Shown here one piece after another: positions 15,991 to 24,937 of a stretch of DNA of 32,000 bases; the first letter of the stretch is position 1, and every line of letters begins with the position of its first letter. The stretch lies in assembly GCA_000025185.1 (NCBI GenBank), contig CP001848.1:4410001-4442000 (forward strand), read 5' to 3'. The translations under genes were made by a program, and so were the position numbers. The notes below the pieces were generated by a model, which was given only the letters and a program-made list of their open reading frames with translations, was not told the origin of the DNA and searched no databases. The stretch comes from Pirellula staleyi DSM 6068 (GTDB taxonomy: Bacteria > Planctomycetota > Planctomycetia > Pirellulales > Pirellulaceae).

Positions 15991-17649
15991 CTACTCTTTG
16001 CGACCGTAGCCACAGCCCGGACAGTGACCTACCGAGTACATGGTGTAGGAGTTTCTTTTGCACTGGGGACACTCCACTTCTCCCCACCCTTTCTTCGCTA
16101 TTCCATTGTCAGCAGGAATTGACTTTTGAGAGTTGTCCTCGACGCTTGCACTACGAAATGTTTTTGTGATCCAAGCACCTGCGGCTGCTAGAACTGCAGG
16201 AACGACAATCCATAGGAGATATCCGAAACGCGAAAGCCGAAATGCCATACCAAGTATGTCTGTTTTTTGGTGTGTACTTTTTGAATTTCTCTCTCGCTGC
16301 GTCTGGAGGGCTAGTGGTGCATTTGGGCCAGTGCTATTGATGGAAGTGTCGAGACCTGTTGAATGCTTGGAAGATTCCTGATCGCCGACAGCGGCTGCGA
16401 CGCCGTAGACCTGGCCGATCAGCTGAGCTGCTCCTGCGGGATTGGCGTCGGCCCAAATCAACTCGGCGGACGAAACTTCGTCGGCGGAAATGGCCATTGA
16501 TAACGCAGCACCATCGGCTCCACGTGTGTTAATACCGATCCAGTGGTATCGTTCACCTTGGCGTAGAAATAATGGTCCACCACTGTTGCCAGGACTGATC
16601 GACGCATCGTGTTGTATCCACGTGGCCCCCGAAGTCGCGCTCTTGGGAGCCCGCAGTGAGCTAATTCTTCCGAACGTCATGCTGTTAGCAAACAAAATGT
16701 CAAGTGGCGTACCGACTGCAACGACTTCGCCACCATTTTTCACTTCGAGTACTTTCATCGCGTTAGAGACTTTCGGGACAACGACGTAGTCCAAACCGGC
16801 AACCAGTCCATTGGGATTCACTTCGATGCACGCGACATCGAGGTTGGGATCGGCCGCAAGGCCGACTCTCTCAGCTCGCCGCTTGGCTCCCGATGGAAAC
16901 TGCACCTCCAGTGCAAACTGTGTGATGTTCGCAGTACGATCGCGCTGTTTAGTTGCTCGACCAGCAACGTCTTCCAAACCAATCACGTGCGCGTTGGTAA
17001 AGAGGCGCAGCTTGCCACCGGTATTTTCAGTAACAACCGACGAGCCTAGTTTGATGAGAGCCTGCGAGAAGTCTCTTTCATTCACAGTTGCTACGATTGC
17101 CGGTGAAGTCTTCTCTAGATCGTCGAATCGGAGTGACGAAACGCCGCCAGAGAAAAGCGACATCGATAGCAGAATCAACGCTAACACTGCCACAGCGCCG
17201 CTGCCGACGAGAGCCAGTATCTTTTGTTCGTCTCGTTTGGTCGTGCCAAGATACGCGAGCCATGTGGCGCATCCCAAGCCTGCGAGACCCATGACTATAA
17301 ACACAAGTCGCCAAACTGATTGCAACAAACAAAAGGTCATCAGCAGCACAACGGTCACTACAGCGACTGCCACCCATCGCTGCAGAAGCCATTGGACTAC
17401 TGGGTGAATTGCGGCTAGAGCTGTATTAGTAGGTGCTTTTGGCCCGCTCTTTTCTGGAATGGTGAGCTCGGCATTGCCCGGTTGGCCCAATTTTTTCATT
17501 AGCTGTTCATAGGCGACTAGCACCTGTTGGTAGGCCCAGCTGTCGCCTCCCGAATCGGGATGATATCGCTTTACTCGCTCGCGATAGGCCGCTTCGATTT
17601 GATCTATGGTGGCGTCGTCGTCGAGGCCGAGAATCTTGTAGGGAGTCAT
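15991..17649 (-). CDS. Membrane protein fusing a J-domain, TM helices, a trypsin-like (S1/DegP-type) serine protease, a further TM helix and a C-terminal zinc ribbon
   Basis: YKILGLDDDATIDQIEAAYRERVKRYHPD (HPD at 17554-17562). Several hydrophobic helices at aa ~85-170. Candidate triad TNAHVI / DVACIEV / GNSGGPLF (~16566-16595). TM helix YLLWIVVPAVLAAAGAWI. C-terminal CPQC...CPGC. Confidence 0.85.
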   Translation of the reverse strand: MTPYKILGLDDDATIDQIEAAYRERVKRYHPDSGGDSWAYQQVLVAYEQLMKKLGQPGNAELTIPEKSGPKAPTNTALAAIHPVVQWLLQRWVAVAVVTVVLLMTFCLLQSVWRLVFIVMGLAGLGCATWLAYLGTTKRDEQKILALVGSGAVAVLALILLSMSLFSGGVSSLRFDDLEKTSPAIVATVNERDFSQALIKLGSSVVTENTGGKLRLFTNAHVIGLEDVAGRATKQRDRTANITQFALEVQFPSGAKRRAERVGLAADPNLDVACIEVNPNGLVAGLDYVVVPKVSNAMKVLEVKNGGEVVAVGTPLDILFANSMTFGRISSLRAPKSATSGATWIQHDASISPGNSGGPLFLRQGERYHWIGINTRGADGAALSMAISADEVSSAELIWADANPAGAAQLIGQVYGVAAAVGDQESSKHSTGLDTSINSTGPNAPLALQTQRERNSKSTHQKTDILGMAFRLSRFGYLLWIVVPAVLAAAGAWITKTFRSASVEDNSQKSIPADNGIAKKGWGEVECPQCKRNSYTMYSVGHCPGCGYGRKE

Positions 17650-18360
17650 TGATTGCCCTCGGTTGTGTTGGATACCGAAAGGCCTCAGTCAGCGCATAAA
17701 AACAGGGAGCGCCGAACCAAGGCCGCTCGCTCCACCCCCGCCAAGGGGCGATCAGAACAGCGCAAGGCCGACGCCCCCCTTTCGGGAGGCGTTCGGTCCG
17801 AGCACTGCATCTGATCTCAAGGGCCCGAAGACCCAGGTTGGCGGTTTTGGAGCGATGCAAATGTGGACGCGTAACGCGTCGTTCAAATTGTCGGTAAGTC
17901 GCCTGCTGGCGACGGAAAAATCTCCTTGGACGGTCATGGCGCAACAGCACGAAAGCGCCACTGCGGCCCCTCAGTATAGCAAGCCGTATTCGGAATGCTC
18001 GTCCTCTGCAAAAAGTACTCTGGCGATTCGCTTGCTCGGCAAAAAACAGTCGCCACGAGCGAATTGCACCTTCGGACTGGCAGTCCGCGATAAGGTCCAA
18101 AGATTGCTTCTCAGGTCAGGTTGTCGCCGAGTCCGACATGCCTTTGGCGCGCACGGCCAAGGGCAGAGTGTTCAAGCGATCGCCATGACATGTGACATGA
18201 GTACGATCGGCCTTCGAAAAAAGATGTCCAGAATGCGTTATGCACTCTCCTTTTGTCAAACTTGAATGGAAACGAGTGATGAACATCGAAACTCAGTTAC
18301 TCGATAACGAGTAAACCATGTGCGAGCCTATAACTGGCAATCTTCACGGAGACCAATGTC

Positions 18361-18627
18361 ATGCCGCCGAAACTCAGCGAATCAAACGAGCACATGGCGA
18401 AATACATTGCGATGGTGATACGCAATGCGATGGAAGATTTCCATTGCGAGCACCTGACCGATGAACAGATGAAGCATCTCAATCCGCTCATTCGCAACGC
18501 CATCGCAACAGCACTTCATGCGTTCGACCACTATGAGCGGTCAGGAGCAGCCCACGAATTTGTGGACTATCACTTCCGGTCGATCCCAAGTTATTGGGAG
18601 CAGCCCGAGATGCTGGAAGGCTATTAG
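18361..18627 (+). CDS. Hypothetical protein (88 aa)
   Basis: Isolated ORF with protein-like composition (MPPKLSESNEHMAKYIAMVIRNAMEDFHCEHLTDEQMKHL...). No motif recognised and no clear RBS. Confidence 0.45.
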   Translation: MPPKLSESNEHMAKYIAMVIRNAMEDFHCEHLTDEQMKHLNPLIRNAIATALHAFDHYERSGAAHEFVDYHFRSIPSYWEQPEMLEGY

Positions 18628-19399
18628 AAGATGTGGCTGCGTCGTGGCGAGACGAGTTAGAGCCCGCCGAATGACCCTGCGAGATGCCATAGGCGTCGTC
18701 ACATCCCACCTACTACTGAACCTCTTGAGCTCGCTGCAAAAGAGTTTTCTCCGAAATAGAATACTCAGAGAGTCTTGCTGTTGGCTATCGAAGTCGATCT
18801 ATTTGCGGTGTTGAAGTTGCAGGTCAGCTGATAGCCGCCGTTCCACAACTGAGCCAGTTAACTGCTCAGGCTCGCCCCAAACCGATCCCAACAAATTAAG
18901 CCGTCTCCGTAGCTATGCTACGAGCCTCACCTTAGTATGACGCGGTTTTGGCTCGAATTCAGCCCGCTCCAAGTGCTGCAATCGCTGTAACTGCTGTAAT
19001 TGGCAACGGACTTGTTTTTACTATCTAGTGAACTTGCGGCCGATTGCCCGTGACTATATCGACCTGATAAGGATTGAGTTATTTTCAAGACATGGTCGCA
19101 ACTTTCTAGTCGCGATTGTTTTCGTCAGTGTGGAGTTCGTTCTGGTTAGGGAATCAGAAAAAGTGTTCGGTGATTGCCCGAATTATCCTTCAGGCATGCG
19201 GCTAATGGAAGAGATTCGTGGAACCACCACAATCCTGTGAACTCGTACCGTAGGTTCCAACGAAACGACATGACGACATTGAACCGCTAACTCAAAACTG
19301 AAAATGCAAGACTAGATCGTAGCGGGATCAACTTTGCCAGACGAGGATCAACAAATTCCTGGCCAAAAGTAAAATCTGAAATTAGAGACAAGTGCTGGA

Positions 19400-22300
19400 A
19401 TGGACGTTTTCAAGTTGCGAGAAGATGTGATTCACGACTACGCAGAGTACGTGCGTAGTTTTGTTCGCATTCGTGAGCCACGCCTTCGGCGCTTTGTTGA
19501 CGATAGCCTGACGGACCAAGCGCTTTGGCCGCAGCCGCTGATCCAGATGAATCCCAGCTTTGAATCAGGTGGGTGGATTGACGAACTGGTCGATGCGGGT
19601 GTTCTGCACCAGAAGTCCAAAGATGTCTTTCGAGTTAAGACGGAATCTGACCCGCGTGGGATACCAATGCGACTCCACCGACACCAGGTGGACGCCATCC
19701 GAGAGGCGCAGGCACGCCGCAATTACGTTCTGACCACTGGGACCGGCTCTGGTAAGAGCCTCGCTTACATTATTCCCATCGTCGATCAAGTTCTCCGAAA
19801 CGGTCGCGGCAAGGGTATCCAGGCCATTGTCGTGTATCCGATGAACGCTTTGTGTAACAGCCAGTACGGGGAACTCGAAAAGTTTTTGCGGCTGGGATTC
19901 GGAGAGGGGTCAGAACCCGTCCGCTTCGAGCGTTACACCGGCCAGGAAACACGCGAGAAGCGCGAGGAGATCACTCGAAATCCTCCGGACATCCTGTTGA
20001 CCAATTACGTCATGTTGGAATTGCTGCTAACTCGCCCATTCGAACAAGCACTCGTCAGTTCCGCACGCAATCTCAGCTTTCTCGTCCTCGATGAACTACA
20101 TACCTATCGGGGGCGACAGGGAGCGGATGTCGCATTGCTTGTCCGTCGCGTTCGTGAAGCCTGCCACGCAACATCGCTTCTCTGTGTGGGCACTTCGGCC
20201 ACAATGGCAAGTGGCGGGACTATCAACGAGCAGCGTCTTGAAATTGCCTCGGTCGCTTCGCGATTGTTCGGAACTGAGGTTCTACCCAACTCGATCATCG
20301 GCGAGACCCTGACCCGTGAGACCATCGAGTTGGATTTCAGCGATCCGCAGGTCGTCTCTCGCTTGCAGCTCGATGTTACCCAAAAGGACGGCTTCCCAAC
20401 GAACTACGATGAGTTCATACGGAAACCAATCGCAAGCTGGCTGGAAGACTGCCTCGGCCTGACTCGCGAGAACGGCACGAATCGACTCGTTCGTGCCCGT
20501 CCGCAATCAATTCAGGGGCCAAGTGGTGCCGCCAAACAGCTATCCGATTTGGTGGGAATGACTGTCAAGGATTGCGAAGACGCCATCGAACGCTGGCTGC
20601 TGGCGGGGTGCAATTGTCATCCTCACCCCGAGACCAAACGGCAGCCTTTTGCTTTTCGGCTCCATCAGTTCATCAGTCGCGGCGACGCGGTGTTTGCATC
20701 GTTGGAGGAGAATGACCACCGGCATTTATCGCTCAGCGGACAACAATTCGTACCGAACAGCGATCGTAAGAAAATCCTGCTTCCATTGGCTTTCTGCCGA
20801 GAGTGTGGCGCGGAATACTATTCCGTCTGGAAATCGAATGATGTCGGAACTGGCCGAGTTCATTTCCGGCCCCGTGACCTGAATGACCGGGTCGAAGATC
20901 CCGCCGAAGGCGAGGCGGGCTTTCTCTATCGTGATCCAGAAAAGCCTTGGCTAGACGATCCTGATGAGATTGTACAGCAGCTGCCGGATGATTGGCTGGA
21001 GGAGCATCGCGGTCGGCAACGTGTTCGCAGCAACCTCCGTGATGACGTTCCGCAACCCATAGTGATTGGCCCCGATGGAACCGTCGACGCACAGGGATTG
21101 ATCTATTCTTACACGAGCACGCCGTTTCGCTTTTGTCAAAACTGCGGTGTCTCTTACCGCGTTCGAACTGGAGCTTCTGATTACGGACAACTGGCCACGC
21201 TCGCGAGCGGGGGACGTAGCACTGCCACGACTATCCTCAGCTTGTCGAGTGTCCGCCTGCTGCGGAACGAGCCAACGCTTCAGAACTTTGCACGAAAGCT
21301 CCTCAGTTTCACAGACAATCGGCAGGACGCTTCGCTTCAGGCTGGGCACTTCAACGATTTCGTGGAAGTCAGCTTGCTGAGGTCGGCGCTCTACAAGGCC
21401 GTTGCGGCGGCGGGCGAAGCTGGGATTTCGCACGATGAACTAACGCAACGCGTCTACAAGGCACTGAACCTGCCGTTCGAACTCTTTGCCCGCGAGCCAG
21501 GCGTCCAGTTTGCCCAGCGAGCCGATACGGAACGAGCCTTCCGAAATGTTCTTGGGTATCGCCTCTATCGAGACCAGAAACGCGGATGGCGAGTTACATC
21601 TCCGAATCTCGAACAGTGTGGGTTGCTGCGAATCGAATATCCGTCGTTGATGGAACTTTGCAGGGCAGGAGAGTTCTGGCGTGGAACTCACGCTGCTCTG
21701 ACAACTGCCACTCCGCAAACCCGCGAGCGTATCGCGAAAGCCCTGCTGGACTACCTACGTCGCGAGCTGGCGATTGATGTCGATTATCTGACCACGGAAT
21801 TCTTTGAACGGTTGCAACAGCAAAGTTCGCAGCGACTCCGTGAACCGTGGGCCATCGACGAGCAGGAACGCCCAGAAGTGGCTGCGGCCGTATTCCCACG
21901 TGGCCGGCGCCCCCATGATCGTCAGTTCTACACATATGTGTCGGGGAGGAGCGGATTCGGGATTTTTCTCGGTCGACCAAGTACCCTTCCAGAATTTGAT
22001 CGCTCACAGGGAAAACTGAAGCTCACCGATAAAGATTCAATCATTCAGGATCTGTTCCGGGTACTTGCCAACGCGGGCTACATCGTCCAGATCGTTGAAC
22101 CCACTGATGACGACCTTCCGGGTTACCAGCTCTCCGCATCGGCCATGAATTGGGTCGTTGCCGATGGGACAGTCGCATTTCATGATCCGATCCGTGTTCC
22201 CAATCCTCCGCAGGATGGTGGCCAGACCAACGATTTCTTCGTCAATTTTTACAAGACCGTGGCCAACGATCTCCGTGGACTGGAGGCTCGGGAGCATACG

Positions 22301-24937
22301 GCACAGGTTCCTTATGAAGAACGCGAACGGCGGGAGCAGGACTTTGGATCTGCGAAACTCCCCGTCCTGTATTGCTCACCAACAATGGAACTGGGCGTCG
22401 ACATTCGCCAATTGAATGTCGTCAACATGCGAAATGTCCCACCCACGCCCGCGAACTACGCGCAACGCAGCGGTCGGGCGGGCCGAAGTGGACAACCGGC
22501 CTTCGTCCTGACCTATTGCACGTCAGGTAGCTCTCACGATCAGTATTTCTTCCGTCAGCCCGAGCGGATGGTGGCCGGGGCCGTTAGTCCTCCTCGACTG
22601 GACTTGGCAAACGAAGACCTGGTCAGGGCACACGTTCATGCGATCTGGCTGGCAGAGACCGGTGAATGGCTGGGAAACTCGCTGACGGATCTGTTGGACG
22701 TCGAAGGAGCAAATCCCTCGCTGACGATGCTGCCGAGCAAGGTCGCTGGACTGTCGAAGAAGACCGCCATCGAATCTGCCCGAGCGAAGGCGGAAGCCGT
22801 TCTGCGAACCATTTCTGAAGAACTAGGGACCTCCCCTTGGTTTACCAGCGAGTGGCTGAAGCAGACACTCGATCACTCCCTGCATGCTTTCGAAGATGCC
22901 TGCCAGCGGTGGCGAAGCCTGTTCCGGGCGGCGAAAGATCAGTTCGAACGGCAAAACGTCATCATCGGTGACGTGGCGATGCGATCTCAGTGGGATGAGG
23001 CCCGACGCCTGCGGCGCGAGGCCGAAGCTCAGATCGAATTGCTGACGGATTCGCAGAGCGTGATTCAGTCCGACTTTTACAGCTACCGGTATTTCGCCAG
23101 TGAGGGCTTCCTGCCGGGATATAACTTCCCTCGTTTGCCGCTCTCCGCGTACATCCCTGCACGCCGCAAGACCAAAGGTCAGGACGAATTTCTGTCCCGC
23201 CCGCGTTTCCTCGCCATTTCGGAATTCGGCCCTCGGAGCATCATTTACCACGAAGGCTCTCGCTACATCGTCAACAAAGTGATTCTCCCCATCGCCGATG
23301 GCGATGTGCCCCTCACGGGCTCCGCCAAGCAGTGTGAAGACTGCGGATACATGCGCGAGTTGAATTGGGGTGAAGCCGGGCCGGATCGCTGCGAGAACTG
23401 CCACAGTTACCGTCTCGCCAGAATCGATTCACTGCTTCGCCTCCAGAACGTCGCGACGAAGAGGCGCGATCGAATCAATTCCGATGAAGAAGAGCGACTC
23501 CGGATGGGGTACGAATTGCGAACCGGCCTGCGTTTCAAGGAGGTGGGCGGACTCGCGTATTACCAGGTTGCAGAAGTGAGCGGCTCGTCCTCGTCGATTT
23601 GCACTCTCACTTACGGGGACGCTGCGACGATTTGGCGAATCAACCTGGGTTGGCGACGGCGAGCCAACCGGGATCAGCATGGATTCGTTCTGGATGTCGA
23701 GAAAGGATACTGGCAACGGTCGGATCAACTTCCAGACGATGAAGATCCCGCCGATCCGTTGGGAGCACGAACTCAGCGTGTCGTTCCTTACGTGGAAGAT
23801 CGTCGCAACTGCCTGATTCTCGAACCGGCGACACAAGTCTCAGCCGACGAGATGGCGTCATTGCAAGCCGCCCTGAAGAAGGCCATCCAGACGATCTACC
23901 AACTGGAAGACAATGAACTGGCAACCGAACCCCTTCCGTCGGTCAACGACCGGAAACGGATTCTGTTCTTCGAGTCTGCTGAAGGTGGCGCTGGCGTCTT
24001 GCGTCGAATCCTGGAAAGCGGTGATTCCTTGGCACTGATTGCGGAAGAAGCTCTCCGCCTTTGCCATTTTGACCCCACAACCGGAAATGACCTGCGACGC
24101 GCATCCGGAGCGACGGAAGACTGCGAAGCCGCGTGCTACGACTGCCTCATGAGCTACTCCAATCAACGGGATCATGAACTCCTGGATCGCAAGAAAATCC
24201 GCGGCTTCCTGCTCGACATGACAAAAAGCCGCGTCAAAGCCTCTCCGGGAATCAAAGCATTCAGCGCTCACCTGGAGACGTTGAAGTCGCAGTGCGATAG
24301 CCATCTGGAAAAGTCGTGGCTGGATTACCTGGTGGCTCGTGATTTACGTCTTCCGTCCTGCGCGCAGAAGTTCTACGACCAGTGTGCGACCCGACCCGAC
24401 TTTGTTTATGAGAAGCATCACACGGTGATCTATGTCGATGGACCACCCCACGACTTTTCGGATCGGCAACAGCGTGATCGGGAGAAGACAGCCGCAATGG
24501 AAGACCTTGGTCTGACCGTCTTGCGGTTTCATCACGAGGCTCAGTGGGATGAGATTCTCGCTGCCCACCCGCACATCTTCGGAGTTATACGCGAAGCCAC
24601 GTCTTCTCCTGAACCGGCTGCTGCGTTGACCGGTGATTTATTGGACCTCGAACTGTTCCCCGGCGATTGGCATCCCATCGTCCAAGAGCTTTCTGGTCGT
24701 GACGGCTTGATGATTGAACCCGGTGGTGATGTCGCCACGGGCGGACGGGTCTTGGGGGCTTACGTTCTCGACATCGCGAAAAATGATCAGCGATTGTGGG
24801 TGATCGATGGTCGCGAACAAGCGGGCAACACGCTCTTAGAGGCAATTGCAGCGCAGGGTTATGCAGCACTGTCGATTGATCCTACCGAGTCGTCGGCAAT
24901 GGAGAAGATTCTTTCGAAGCTCGGAGGTCTCGGATGA
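19400..24937 (+). CDS. Giant DExH helicase - DUF1998 (Zn-ribbon) - DUF559/Vsr-like endonuclease fusion (1845 aa); DrmA/DrmB- or DruE-like
   Basis: Motif I TTGTGSGKS (19733-19759), Ia VVYPMNAL, II DELH (20089-20100), III GTSAT, SFTDNRQDAS, VI QRSGRAGRSG (~22461-22490). Cys pairs CEDCGY..CENCH (~23332-23406) and CEAACYDCLMSY (~24121-24160) are typical of DUF1998. PDFVYEKHHTVIYVDGPPHDF...LTVLRFHH (~24390-24537) is typical of DUF559 PD-(D/E)xK nucleases. Confidence 0.9.
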   Translation: MDVFKLREDVIHDYAEYVRSFVRIREPRLRRFVDDSLTDQALWPQPLIQMNPSFESGGWIDELVDAGVLHQKSKDVFRVKTESDPRGIPMRLHRHQVDAIREAQARRNYVLTTGTGSGKSLAYIIPIVDQVLRNGRGKGIQAIVVYPMNALCNSQYGELEKFLRLGFGEGSEPVRFERYTGQETREKREEITRNPPDILLTNYVMLELLLTRPFEQALVSSARNLSFLVLDELHTYRGRQGADVALLVRRVREACHATSLLCVGTSATMASGGTINEQRLEIASVASRLFGTEVLPNSIIGETLTRETIELDFSDPQVVSRLQLDVTQKDGFPTNYDEFIRKPIASWLEDCLGLTRENGTNRLVRARPQSIQGPSGAAKQLSDLVGMTVKDCEDAIERWLLAGCNCHPHPETKRQPFAFRLHQFISRGDAVFASLEENDHRHLSLSGQQFVPNSDRKKILLPLAFCRECGAEYYSVWKSNDVGTGRVHFRPRDLNDRVEDPAEGEAGFLYRDPEKPWLDDPDEIVQQLPDDWLEEHRGRQRVRSNLRDDVPQPIVIGPDGTVDAQGLIYSYTSTPFRFCQNCGVSYRVRTGASDYGQLATLASGGRSTATTILSLSSVRLLRNEPTLQNFARKLLSFTDNRQDASLQAGHFNDFVEVSLLRSALYKAVAAAGEAGISHDELTQRVYKALNLPFELFAREPGVQFAQRADTERAFRNVLGYRLYRDQKRGWRVTSPNLEQCGLLRIEYPSLMELCRAGEFWRGTHAALTTATPQTRERIAKALLDYLRRELAIDVDYLTTEFFERLQQQSSQRLREPWAIDEQERPEVAAAVFPRGRRPHDRQFYTYVSGRSGFGIFLGRPSTLPEFDRSQGKLKLTDKDSIIQDLFRVLANAGYIVQIVEPTDDDLPGYQLSASAMNWVVADGTVAFHDPIRVPNPPQDGGQTNDFFVNFYKTVANDLRGLEAREHTAQVPYEERERREQDFGSAKLPVLYCSPTMELGVDIRQLNVVNMRNVPPTPANYAQRSGRAGRSGQPAFVLTYCTSGSSHDQYFFRQPERMVAGAVSPPRLDLANEDLVRAHVHAIWLAETGEWLGNSLTDLLDVEGANPSLTMLPSKVAGLSKKTAIESARAKAEAVLRTISEELGTSPWFTSEWLKQTLDHSLHAFEDACQRWRSLFRAAKDQFERQNVIIGDVAMRSQWDEARRLRREAEAQIELLTDSQSVIQSDFYSYRYFASEGFLPGYNFPRLPLSAYIPARRKTKGQDEFLSRPRFLAISEFGPRSIIYHEGSRYIVNKVILPIADGDVPLTGSAKQCEDCGYMRELNWGEAGPDRCENCHSYRLARIDSLLRLQNVATKRRDRINSDEEERLRMGYELRTGLRFKEVGGLAYYQVAEVSGSSSSICTLTYGDAATIWRINLGWRRRANRDQHGFVLDVEKGYWQRSDQLPDDEDPADPLGARTQRVVPYVEDRRNCLILEPATQVSADEMASLQAALKKAIQTIYQLEDNELATEPLPSVNDRKRILFFESAEGGAGVLRRILESGDSLALIAEEALRLCHFDPTTGNDLRRASGATEDCEAACYDCLMSYSNQRDHELLDRKKIRGFLLDMTKSRVKASPGIKAFSAHLETLKSQCDSHLEKSWLDYLVARDLRLPSCAQKFYDQCATRPDFVYEKHHTVIYVDGPPHDFSDRQQRDREKTAAMEDLGLTVLRFHHEAQWDEILAAHPHIFGVIREATSSPEPAAALTGDLLDLELFPGDWHPIVQELSGRDGLMIEPGGDVATGGRVLGAYVLDIAKNDQRLWVIDGREQAGNTLLEAIAAQGYAALSIDPTESSAMEKILSKLGGLG

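Noticed and set aside
17507-18265. ORFs 17507..18100 (-), 197 aa, and 17663..18265 (+), 200 aa
   Set aside because: The Arg-rich or Pro/Ser-rich translations are not protein-like. One overlaps the J-domain gene start. The other needs a non-ATG start with no RBS. The region is treated as untranslated leader/promoter.
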